The position numbers and the translations under genes were made by a program. From Desulfatiglandales bacterium (lineage in GTDB: Bacteria > Desulfobacterota > DSM-4660 > Desulfatiglandales > HGW-15), in NCBI GenBank assembly GCA_963667015.2, contig CAXXJJ010000004.1:64001-128000 (forward strand): a DNA stretch of 64,000 nt, in the 5' to 3' direction. Positions 19,962-29,118 of the stretch are shown piece by piece (position 1 is the stretch's first letter; the number at the start of each line of letters is the position of its first letter). Under the pieces are notes generated by a model that ran no database searches, was not told the DNA's origin, and saw only the letters and a program-made list of their open reading frames with translations.

Positions 19962-21320
19962 CTATTTATTGGTTAGGTGAGGATTTACCCAGACAGCCCA
20001 GTCCTGGGTGCTTGAGCTGCCGGCTCGCACCTGAAGGACTATCTGGATCTCCTTTCCAGCCCAGGGTGATAGATCCGCCTCAAGATTTTCATAGGCGCTG
20101 CAGTTGATTCGCTTTCTCAGGATGCGCCTGATTTTATTATCATAAAAAACACCTACTGACATAATAACTCCGTCAGAATTTGTAGCACCCTTAAGCATTG
20201 CCCCTACAGCCTTAAATTTGGTGTTTTTCCCGGGAATCATTAATGGATACCGGCCTTCAATAGAGCCGCCATTCACCCACTGGGGATGTGTTTCCAGCAG
20301 GTTTACTGCCTTATTGTTAGGGCAGATTGTGCCGTTAGCCATTGTCAGAACAAATCCCTGCCTGTCTCCTGCTGAGCCTGGAAACTTAAGTGTTCCGGCA
20401 CCGCTTTTCCATTTTGCTGCATTGGCATTTTTATAAAAATTATAGGCCGCATCAGGGCCTGTAAGATCAACAGGTTTTGTTCTGGGATGAACTGCTATTG
20501 GTCTTGCCGGTAGTTCAGTTTTCTGAGTGGATGTAGAAGTTGAAACAGCCGGTTTGACAGCAGTTACCGGACTGGGTTTTAAAACCATTCCTTTTTGAAG
20601 TGTTACCGAAGGTTTGACTGTTGTGATTCCGGGTTTGACAGTCGGGGTTGTCTCTGCTGTTTCCCCTTCAGCCAGTTCAATCGCATCCTCTGTATCAGCA
20701 GTCTCTTCGGCTGATTCTTCAGGCGATTCAATTTCACTGCTGCTAGACCATGTCTTAGTAAAGTCATAAACAAGCTCACCGAAAGGACGTTCAGGATTGG
20801 TTTCCCTTACCAGGGATAAACGGATCTGGTCTGATGTGACCTGTTCATCTGATGATACCCCCCAATCCGAATCAACCTGTTCCCCCTGCCAGCCAATCGT
20901 AAGAACAACAGACCCTGACTTGCCCTTAAGTGGCGATAACGTGCTTTTAAAACCTTCAAGAGATTCGCCCCATTGCAATACTTCTCCCTGGACATAAACT
21001 CCGTCTCTGCGTTTTACGCCTTCATATTTTACCTCAAGGACAACCGCATTGCCTCTTCTTTCAAGAAATTTCACTTCGCCTATGTGACCTTTGTATGTGC
21101 CTATAAAATCGTCAATCCCTTCTTTTAAAGAGTCCTGGGCAGCACTGCCAAGTGCCTTGAAAAGGGTATCCATCACTCCGCCACTCTTGGTCTCGTTTTC
21201 TTCCCCTGTTGAGGTATCGTCCTCGGGAAGGGCTTCTTCTACCTGAGCGGAGGCAGATGAAATAAAAATGAATAAAAGAAAAAACAGTAATAATGTCAGG
21301 CTTAATTTAGGTCTAATCAC
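19962..21320 (-). CDS. Secreted protein with Pro/Thr-rich linker and C-terminal NPCBM/galactose-binding-like domain
   Basis: GTG start after AAGGAG; signal peptide; acidic and PT linker; LETHPQW..SDGV..DLSPWAGKEIQIVLQV..DWAVWVNP. Confidence 0.7.
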   Translation of the reverse strand: MIRPKLSLTLLLFFLLFIFISSASAQVEEALPEDDTSTGEENETKSGGVMDTLFKALGSAAQDSLKEGIDDFIGTYKGHIGEVKFLERRGNAVVLEVKYEGVKRRDGVYVQGEVLQWGESLEGFKSTLSPLKGKSGSVVLTIGWQGEQVDSDWGVSSDEQVTSDQIRLSLVRETNPERPFGELVYDFTKTWSSSSEIESPEESAEETADTEDAIELAEGETAETTPTVKPGITTVKPSVTLQKGMVLKPSPVTAVKPAVSTSTSTQKTELPARPIAVHPRTKPVDLTGPDAAYNFYKNANAAKWKSGAGTLKFPGSAGDRQGFVLTMANGTICPNNKAVNLLETHPQWVNGGSIEGRYPLMIPGKNTKFKAVGAMLKGATNSDGVIMSVGVFYDNKIRRILRKRINCSAYENLEADLSPWAGKEIQIVLQVRAGSSSTQDWAVWVNPHLTNK

Positions 21321-21601
21321 TTTTATATCTCCTTATTGATGAGTTAGCATAATATAATTGATTGATACTGAATATATTAAGTAAATAAGACACCCTTTTT
21401 ACAAAAAGTATCAAATAAAAATAACAAACATGAAAAACAATAGTCGAATGAGTTCCCGCTATTCAGGCAGCAGGTATAAAGACATTTCTCTTTGTAAAAC
21501 CAGATAAAATATCTTTTTGAATAGGTTATGCTTTTCTATAAGTTTTGATAAAATAACTATTAACAATTATCAACTATAAGAACATAAAACAGTTAAAATA
21601 G

Positions 21602-21617
21602 AGCAATATATATGCCA
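21602..21617 (-). promoter_or_regulatory. Putative sigma-54 promoter for the six-gene secreted operon
   Basis: Minus strand TGGCATATATATTGCT = GG-N10-GC, ~280 nt upstream of 21320 in an AT-rich region. Confidence 0.65.
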
Positions 21618-22125
21618 TATAACAGCTTAATTAAATAAAAATATGAATCAGGGTATGTCTGTAATTATAGGTAGCTATAAATTAAAAATTTGTCATAAAG
21701 ATAATTTGTAATAAATGTTGATAAATAATGTTAAATATTCTAAATATGACAATTTATATTAAGTTGTCTTAAAAACATCTGCTGCAGCCAGGGATGAAAA
21801 TTCAATTTAAGGTTGTTGCAGGAACATACATACAGGTTAATACCGTCATCTTTTTGCCTCTATTTTGTACTAAAAACTATACAATACATTAAATGTTGAA
21901 ACATTTTTATGCAGGTTATTATGTTTTCAATGTCTCATTAACTTGTTGATGTAATACATAAATCATGGTTTTCGGGGCGATGAGATATGCACAGGTTTCC
22001 ACCCGCAAGTTTTGAAGAGTGAGGGAGTGAGATCAGAATAAGTTTTTAATTACAAAATGATTTTGAAAAGATTTATAACCTGTATGGAGACAGGTGGCGT
22101 CATTTGATATATCGAAATAGAGATC

Positions 22126-22154
22126 GTACAGGGTCGATGTTACATACCCTGTAC
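22126..22154 (-). terminator. Hairpin downstream of dodecin gene
   Basis: GTACAGGGT...ACCCTGTAC inverted repeat. Confidence 0.55.
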
Positions 22155-22172
22155 AAATCTCTTTTCCCATTA

Positions 22173-22382
22173 TTACTTCTGATACTTGAATGAAACATTT
22201 ACTCTTGCTCTGTAGGTTTTTACTTTCCCGTTCTCAATTTTGGCATCCAGCTTTGTGATTTCGGCTATTCTCAGGTCTTTAAGTGATTCGCCAGCCGCCT
22301 GAATAGCTATATTAGCTGCTTCTTCCCATGACTTATCGCTTGTTCCGACTAATTCGATTATCTTATAAGTACTTCCGGCCAT
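22173..22382 (-). CDS. Dodecin family protein
   Basis: YKIIELVGTSDKSWEEAA..YRARVNVSFKY; AAGGAGG RBS. Confidence 0.9.
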   Translation of the reverse strand: MAGSTYKIIELVGTSDKSWEEAANIAIQAAGESLKDLRIAEITKLDAKIENGKVKTYRARVNVSFKYQK

Positions 22383-22457
22383 AATAATCCTCCTTGGTTT
22401 AAGGGTTTTAATATGTATCCAGTAAAAACATATGCGACACCCTGGCTGTTTTCATTT

Positions 22458-22763
22458 TTAGTCTCTCTCTCGGGGCTCGATATAGACGGGCTGGCCCATT
22501 TCAGAGAATGAAAAGGTATGGAATACGTTGTAGCCGTTGTAATCAAGGACCCTGAGGTCATCATTCTGTTTCAGATCTCCCATAATAACATTGTACTGGT
22601 TTCCATATTTTTTCATAACCTGTTCCATTTTAAGTTCAGCTGCGATGAATTTTTTAATACCCTTGTCGGCAAGCTTCATGATAAGTTTTGGATCCTTAAA
22701 AGACTCATAACTTGTCAAAATAAGGATTGGCCCTGTTCCTGTAAAAATAATACCTGCTTTCAT
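22458..22763 (-). CDS. Hypothetical cytoplasmic protein
   Basis: 101-aa ORF with AAGGAGG RBS; GPILILTSY, KGIKKFIA, LRVLDYNG. Confidence 0.75.
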   Translation of the reverse strand: MKAGIIFTGTGPILILTSYESFKDPKLIMKLADKGIKKFIAAELKMEQVMKKYGNQYNVIMGDLKQNDDLRVLDYNGYNVFHTFSFSEMGQPVYIEPRERD

Positions 22764-23373
22764 AGCTTACCCTCCTTACTTAAAAATATTGTAAATAATT
22801 AAAATATTGAGATAGCCTGTCTACCTCAATTTTGGGATTTATTTATTAACGGGATTCTCCTGGCAGATAAACATCATCTGTCAGGAGCTGTGTATGCATA
22901 TTTTAAGATTCATTCCCACAGGTAACCCCATTTTGAAGTTAATTTTAGATAATTTCTTGTCAGGGTTTAATTTTAGATAATGAAAACCCGAAATACTTAA
23001 AAAGATACTGGCTTCTCATGATCAGTATTCTGTAGGAGCAATAGAGGAGAGGAAAATTGAATTAAATCAGTAATCAGTGTAGATTGTTAATCAGTTTATT
23101 GTAACAGCGTAATGATATAATTATAAAACAAATAAATTCTTAGTCAACATCAACCATGCAGGCAAACTGTCAGGTTTGCAGGGATGCATCTGTTTGAATC
23201 AGCTCCCAATTTGTGCAGATCCTAATGCAGATTTTAGAAAATCACATATTTTAAATAAAATATTTTATATTTAAAAAAAATGATAAATAGTTTATAAGCC
23301 GGAGTGCAGGTTCAAAAAGGATATCCTGAAAATAATGCAGGATAAATATTTTATAAAATTTCAGGGAAGATTT

Positions 23374-24699
23374 ATGTCAGCGGTTTATCCAATATATGTA
23401 GTTGATGATGAGCAGTCGATCTGTGATTCTTTAAGGGGAATATTTTCCGATGAAGGTTACGAGATCGTTACCTGTTTAAATGCAAAGACATTATTTGAGA
23501 AGGCTGCAAAGGTTCCCCCTGCATTAGTGCTGCTTGATATATGGCTGCCGGATAGAGATGGGTTGGAGGTTTTGTCCAAACTCAGGCAGGATTTTCCTGA
23601 AACCGCTGTAATAATGATGAGCGGTCATGCCGGGATTACCTCGGCAGTTACGGCAATTAAAAAAGGGGCATCCGATTTCCTTGAAAAACCATTGAATATG
23701 GACATCCTGTTAGAAAAAGTAAGTAATGCACTAAAGACACATGGCGAAAAAGGTTTCCATGTCCACGTGCCGGGTAATAAAGAAAAGGCGCTAAAGCTTA
23801 AGAAAAATGCAGTCGGTATCGCCTCTCTGGTTGAAACGGATAAACCCCAGAGAACCCTGAAAAAAAATATTGTCCTTAATGGTACCGGTTTAATGAGCGG
23901 CAGGAATACTGGCATTATAATGAGTCCTCTGGAGGAAAACCAGGGAATCGTTTTTGAAACCCTGAGTGGACATCGCATTCCCGCACATATCACATCCCTT
24001 GAAAATTATTCATCTGATCCTCAAAAGCAAAGTTTTTCAGCCAATTCTACAGTTCTCAGGGTAAATGGAAACCGTATCCGTACTGTAGAGCATTTAATGG
24101 CCACCTTTTACATGTATGGGATAAGCAATGTTCTTGTAAAGGTTGATGAAGAAATCCCTAATGTTGACGGGTCTGCCGAAGATTTCTGCAGACTGATAAA
24201 AGAGACGGGTGTTGTAAAACAGAAGGCCTTTATTAAAAAGATTGTTATTAATGAAAAGATATTAATAGGCACCGAGAAAAAAGATGAAAAATATATTTGT
24301 GCACAGCCATACAAGGGATTTGAGGTGTCAATGCGGATTAATTATCCTGCTCCCATATTTGAACAGACCTATACATTCAATCCGAGAAGAAATTCTTTTA
24401 CATCTGAGATAGCGCCTGCCCGCACATTCAACACCTTTGAAAATATAGGCATGGCTCAAAAGCTTGGAAAGGTTGGCGGCGGGTACCTTGATTCGCACAT
24501 AATAATTCATGATGGAGAAGTCATTAATACAAAACTGAAATTTCCGGATGAATATGTCAGACACAAAATACTGGATATTCTTGGGGATCTCTTTTTATTA
24601 GGGTATCCTATCCAGGGAAAAATCAAAGCCAACATGACTTCCCATGGATTTAATCATGCCTTTGATCAGAAATTATACGACTGCATCAAAAAATCATAA
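23374..24699 (+). CDS. lpxC: Response-regulator receiver domain fused to UDP-3-O-acyl-GlcNAc deacetylase LpxC
   Basis: REC: VVDDE, LLDIWLP, MSGH, EKP; LpxC: QRTL, TVEHLMA, EIPNVDGSA, ARTF, HKILDILGDL, SH. Confidence 0.9.
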   Translation: MSAVYPIYVVDDEQSICDSLRGIFSDEGYEIVTCLNAKTLFEKAAKVPPALVLLDIWLPDRDGLEVLSKLRQDFPETAVIMMSGHAGITSAVTAIKKGASDFLEKPLNMDILLEKVSNALKTHGEKGFHVHVPGNKEKALKLKKNAVGIASLVETDKPQRTLKKNIVLNGTGLMSGRNTGIIMSPLEENQGIVFETLSGHRIPAHITSLENYSSDPQKQSFSANSTVLRVNGNRIRTVEHLMATFYMYGISNVLVKVDEEIPNVDGSAEDFCRLIKETGVVKQKAFIKKIVINEKILIGTEKKDEKYICAQPYKGFEVSMRINYPAPIFEQTYTFNPRRNSFTSEIAPARTFNTFENIGMAQKLGKVGGGYLDSHIIIHDGEVINTKLKFPDEYVRHKILDILGDLFLLGYPIQGKIKANMTSHGFNHAFDQKLYDCIKKS

Positions 24700-25043
24700 T
24701 TTATTGAAACTTTTTAAAATATTTTCTGTCAATTTATAGAGACAGGGTTAATTTTGAAGCCCTGATACCCTTTTGCTGATTTTGGCTTGAATATTGGCGA
24801 CATTGATGTTATCCATATTCAGCTTCATGTGAATACAATATCTCTCAACATTGTTAAAATTTTTTCCCGAAAAGATTAATAAAATAGCGTCTATAATTTG
24901 GACTTGTCTGTATATTTTGCTGATATTCCAGCGCTAATTAATAACCTGATTTTCATACCACAGGGGGAAAGATGATTTATTTTTCAGCTATTACTAAAGT
25001 AAGGGAAAATACCCCGGGCTTTTTAAAAAGCAGGGAAGGGTAT

Positions 25044-26555
25044 ATGGCCCTGTTTCAAAAGGTAGTGTTCATCCTCTTATTCACATTCTGTTTTACACTG
25101 TCTGTGACAGAACATGTATACGCGCAGGGTGGCTCTAACTTTTATAATCCACGGGATGAGGATTATAAATTGCTGGGATTAAAAAGAGCAAAAGAGAATT
25201 ATGAGCTTGCAAGAACAGAGCTTGAGCGCAAGAAAGTATTATTCGATGAAGGCCGGATATCCCGCTCAGATTATGAGCAGAGTTTAAAGCAGTTTAATGG
25301 TCTGGAAGTAGATTATCAGCAGCAGCAGCTGGCTGTATTGTTTGAGGATCAATATATAATCATAAGCAATGCGGTGAAGTTCAGCAGTGAATCTGGTGAA
25401 AAGGTAGTAAAAATTACCCTTGAAAACAGTTCCGGAGGCAGTTCGGAGTTAAAGAAGCTCATCAATTTTGATGAAGATTTATATAAGGCCCTTGAACCCG
25501 ATGTTATAGATAATGTCTATGTCTCCCTCATTAACGAAGATGCTATAATCAGCCAGCCCTATGAACAGAAGATAGACAGATTGCCGGCAGGCCAGCCAAA
25601 GGATGTCAGTTTTGTATTACTGCAGGATGTTGATGTTGTTACCGTTCATATTCTTTACGGGAAAGGTTCAACTATCGATAAGAGGATATATCTTCAGAAA
25701 GATTCCACAATAAATAAGGTTGAAATGCAGTCGGACCAGTTTTCACAGGAAGTGGAACTGGGAAATTCTGCTTCATATGATCTAAGCCTGGAGCTTTTCA
25801 GCGGTACAAGTGACACCTTTAAACTGGAGGTTGTAAACCTGCCAAGCCAGATTAACCGCTACTTTGTTAACCAGGGGACCGATACACGTCTTAGTTTTAT
25901 AAAATTCAATGAAAGTACCAGTACTAAAAGAGCCTCCCTGAAGGTCTTTTTACCTGACCGTGCAAGCGATTCAATTAAAATGGATCAGTCTCTTACCTTC
26001 TATGCACTGGCAATTCCCCAGAACAGGTTAAAAGAAATAAACCTTAATAATACAAAACAATGGACTGAAGAAGAGCTTGCTGGTTTAAATGTAGGATTTG
26101 TAAAACTTGATCTCAAACCCAGGGGGGTGGGCGAACTGCTGGTAAAGGCACAGCAGCTGTTCTTTTCCATCAATTCAGGTGAGTCGGTGCAGGTACCTAT
26201 TGAGCTGGTCAATGATGGTACCAGGAGCCTTAATAATGTTGAGGTCGATGTTGATTTACCACTAAACTGGACGCATTCGATTGATCCAAAAAATATTGAC
26301 CGTCTGAAAGTTTCCGAGGAAAAAAGAGCCATCATAAATATTATACCCAGTTCCGATGTAGCTCCCGGACGTTATGAAGTTAGAGTGAAAACTACATCTT
26401 TATCTGATGAGCAGCCTATATCAGGTGAAGATAAGACCATCAATGTCGAAATCAAGGCCGAGACCAACCTTCTTGGAATGATAATAATCATCCTGTTGAT
26501 CCTGGGCCTGGTTGGCGGAATGGTCGTCTTTGGAATTAAGCTTTCAAGGCGATAA
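25044..26555 (+). CDS. Exported, membrane-anchored protein with coiled coil and NEW3 (NPCBM-associated) Ig-like domain
   Basis: Signal peptide (..VYAQ); helical hairpin; VNDGTRSLNNVEVDVDLPLNW..PGRYEVRV; C-terminal TM ending in SRR. Confidence 0.75.
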   Translation: MALFQKVVFILLFTFCFTLSVTEHVYAQGGSNFYNPRDEDYKLLGLKRAKENYELARTELERKKVLFDEGRISRSDYEQSLKQFNGLEVDYQQQQLAVLFEDQYIIISNAVKFSSESGEKVVKITLENSSGGSSELKKLINFDEDLYKALEPDVIDNVYVSLINEDAIISQPYEQKIDRLPAGQPKDVSFVLLQDVDVVTVHILYGKGSTIDKRIYLQKDSTINKVEMQSDQFSQEVELGNSASYDLSLELFSGTSDTFKLEVVNLPSQINRYFVNQGTDTRLSFIKFNESTSTKRASLKVFLPDRASDSIKMDQSLTFYALAIPQNRLKEINLNNTKQWTEEELAGLNVGFVKLDLKPRGVGELLVKAQQLFFSINSGESVQVPIELVNDGTRSLNNVEVDVDLPLNWTHSIDPKNIDRLKVSEEKRAIINIIPSSDVAPGRYEVRVKTTSLSDEQPISGEDKTINVEIKAETNLLGMIIIILLILGLVGGMVVFGIKLSRR

Positions 26556-26645
26556 AAAAATGAAAATCCGAAAAGGTATATTTTCGGATGGCGTCTTTAG
26601 CTAAATGATTGGCCTCAAAATTTTATGAAAAATCCATAAAAATAT

Positions 26646-26727
26646 CTGGATTCCCCGAACAAGTCAGGGAATGACAAATATTCTAATATATATAGTTCGT
26701 CATTCCCCGGCTCGACGGGGAATCCAG
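26646..26727. repeat. Inverted pair of ATTCCC-N-GGGAAT REP-like palindromic repeats
   Basis: CTGGATTCCCCGAACAAGTCAGGGAATGAC and GTCATTCCCCGGCTCGACGGGGAATCCAG in opposite orientation around an AT-rich spacer. Confidence 0.75.
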
Positions 26728-26888
26728 TAATAAATTGTCTTAAGAGCAGCATAATTATTTTCTCTATAATTAGTGAAGTATAGCTCTGGAACACCTGTAA
26801 GGATTTTTCGTTTCACGCGTAATTATAAAAGAACAAAATAATTATTTATAAATATCATCAGCAAATTCTAATCAAGGAAGGGAAACCC

Positions 26889-27653
26889 ATGACAGAAACA
26901 AATAATAACGAAACAAACAGCTCAATAGTACTAGAAGCAGACAAACTGACAAAACGTTATGAAGACGGAGTACTGGCACTTGACGAACTCTCCTTCACCA
27001 TAGAGAGCTCACAGATATATGCTATGCTGGGCGCAAATGGTGCAGGAAAGACCACAACCATTAACCTGTTCCTGAATTTTATTGAACCCACAAGCGGTGA
27101 AGCCAGGGTAAAGGGGATTGTTACACATAAGGAACCGCTGCTTGCAAAGGAGCAGATCGCCTATGTCTCAGAGAATGTCATGCTGTATCAGAATTTTACA
27201 GCAATGCAAAATCTCGATTATTTTGCAAAACTGGGCGGAAAGAAAGACTATAAACGCGATGACTACCGTGATGTCCTATTACGAGTAGGTTTGCAGGAAG
27301 AGGCGCATAACAAACGTCTTAAGGGATTTTCAAAGGGTATGAGGCAGAAATGCGGAATAGCTATTGCCATCCTAAAAGACGCTCCTGCTATTCTTCTTGA
27401 TGAGCCTACCTCAGGTCTTGATCCAAAGGCAGGTTTTGAGTTTATTCAGTTGCTGGATAAACTCAGGAGCGAAGGCAAGGCAATATTGATGTCCACACAT
27501 GATATATTCCGCGCCCGTGAAATAGCTGACACAGTTGGAATCATGAACCAGGGAAAACTGGTAATGCAGGCCGGAAGGGATGAATTGAGCGACAAGGACC
27601 TTGAGCAGCTTTATATGAAATACATGGCCGGATACATGGAGGAGGCTGCTTAA
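26889..27653 (+). CDS. ABC transporter ATP-binding protein
   Basis: Walker A GANGAGKT, signature FSKGMRQK, Walker B ILLDEPTSGLDP, H-loop STHD. Confidence 0.95.
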   Translation: MTETNNNETNSSIVLEADKLTKRYEDGVLALDELSFTIESSQIYAMLGANGAGKTTTINLFLNFIEPTSGEARVKGIVTHKEPLLAKEQIAYVSENVMLYQNFTAMQNLDYFAKLGGKKDYKRDDYRDVLLRVGLQEEAHNKRLKGFSKGMRQKCGIAIAILKDAPAILLDEPTSGLDPKAGFEFIQLLDKLRSEGKAILMSTHDIFRAREIADTVGIMNQGKLVMQAGRDELSDKDLEQLYMKYMAGYMEEAA

Positions 27654-27655
27654 TC

Positions 27656-29104
27656 ATGTTAAAGCTTATTCTTTTTAAAGAATTAAGAGAAATAACAAGC
27701 TCTCCGAAGTTTGCCGTTACATTCGGGATATGTTCCATCCTCATAATCCTGTCTTTTTTTACCGGTATTAAAAATTATGAGACCCGTCTTGAAGAATATA
27801 ATGCCTCTACAGCAGCTCATCTTCGTCCCTATAAAGATACCACTGACTGGGACCATGTAAGAGACCACAGGATTTCTCTTACACCCAGACCGCTTGCCTC
27901 GCTCATTATAGGGTTGTCCAATGATGTTCCCAGAACCGCTTACATAAACGGCCGCGACATACCGTCATTAAGTACAAGCAATTACAGTCAGCAGCCGGTT
28001 TTTTCAATATTCCGGTTTCTGGACCTTGAGTTTGTATTCCAGATAATTTTTTCTCTTTTTGCAATTCTGTTTGCCTTTGACGCCATCAACGGAGAAAAGG
28101 AAAGAGGGACATTAAGACTGTCATTTGCCAATTCGCTTCCAAGGGCCAATTATATACTTGGCAAGCTTGCTGGGTCATTTCTTGCCCTTGCACTTCCTCT
28201 GCTCATCCCTCTCCTTATAGGAGTTTTAATGGTGCCGGTAATGGGAATATCTCTGACTTTTGAAGAATGGATTAGGCTGGGCCTTTTTATCCTGTGCGGG
28301 ATGCTTTACCTTGGAGTATTCCTTACATTGTCTGTGTTCATCTCCTGTCTAACACAGCGCTCCTCCAGTTCATTTCTATTTCTTCTTATTATATGGGTAT
28401 GCTCTGTACTTATAATCCCAAGGGCGTCCGTATTAATTGCAGGAAATACTGTCGAAGTACTTTCTGCCGAAGAAATATCCGTTATGCAGCTTCAGCTTCA
28501 GAGACAAAACGCCAGGACAGCAGATGAAAAGTTTGGAGAAGCATTTCAACAGTTTCTGAAGGAGTTAAGGCAGGGCAAAGATAAAAGTGTCGAATTTCAG
28601 AAACGCAGGCAGGAAGAACTATATAGAGAGGTGGATAAATTAAGGGCCGAACTTGAAAAAAACGTTGATGCTTTAGCAAGCAGGCTTAATGAAGAACGCA
28701 GAAACAAACAGATCAAACAGGAAAAACTTGCATTCGGTATTTCCCGTATTTCACCGGCCGCAGTATTTACCCTGGCAGCAACAACATTATCAGATACATC
28801 TATGGAACTGAGAAATCACTTTTTGGAAAATGCCAAGACATATTCAAAATCATTTGCTGATTTTTTTCGCGACAAAACAGGTAAAAGTATAGACAGCAAA
28901 ATGGTTTTCAACAGTGACCAGGAAGAACAAAAGAAAAAGCAGCACCCTATTGATGTCAGTGAAATTCCGGAGTTTGTATATCAGTCGCCTGAACTGTCAA
29001 ACATTTTACATGATGCTTTGCCTGATATTGCCCTGCTGATTATATTTAACCTTGTATTTTTCATCGGCGCCTTCACTGTATTCCTGCGTTATGACCTTCG
29101 ATAA
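27656..29104 (+). CDS. ABC-2 type permease, type A copy 1
   Basis: KELREI..KFAVTFGICS; FRFLDLEF; FDAINGEKERGTLRL; ends FLRYDLR. Confidence 0.9.
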   Translation: MLKLILFKELREITSSPKFAVTFGICSILIILSFFTGIKNYETRLEEYNASTAAHLRPYKDTTDWDHVRDHRISLTPRPLASLIIGLSNDVPRTAYINGRDIPSLSTSNYSQQPVFSIFRFLDLEFVFQIIFSLFAILFAFDAINGEKERGTLRLSFANSLPRANYILGKLAGSFLALALPLLIPLLIGVLMVPVMGISLTFEEWIRLGLFILCGMLYLGVFLTLSVFISCLTQRSSSSFLFLLIIWVCSVLIIPRASVLIAGNTVEVLSAEEISVMQLQLQRQNARTADEKFGEAFQQFLKELRQGKDKSVEFQKRRQEELYREVDKLRAELEKNVDALASRLNEERRNKQIKQEKLAFGISRISPAAVFTLAATTLSDTSMELRNHFLENAKTYSKSFADFFRDKTGKSIDSKMVFNSDQEEQKKKQHPIDVSEIPEFVYQSPELSNILHDALPDIALLIIFNLVFFIGAFTVFLRYDLR

Positions 29105-29118
29105 AAAGAGAGACAATT

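Noticed and set aside
10749..21320. Contractile injection system, T6SS or prophage interpretation of the operon
   Set aside because: No recognisable sheath, tube, baseplate, VgrG or capsid motifs, and all products have Sec-type signal peptides
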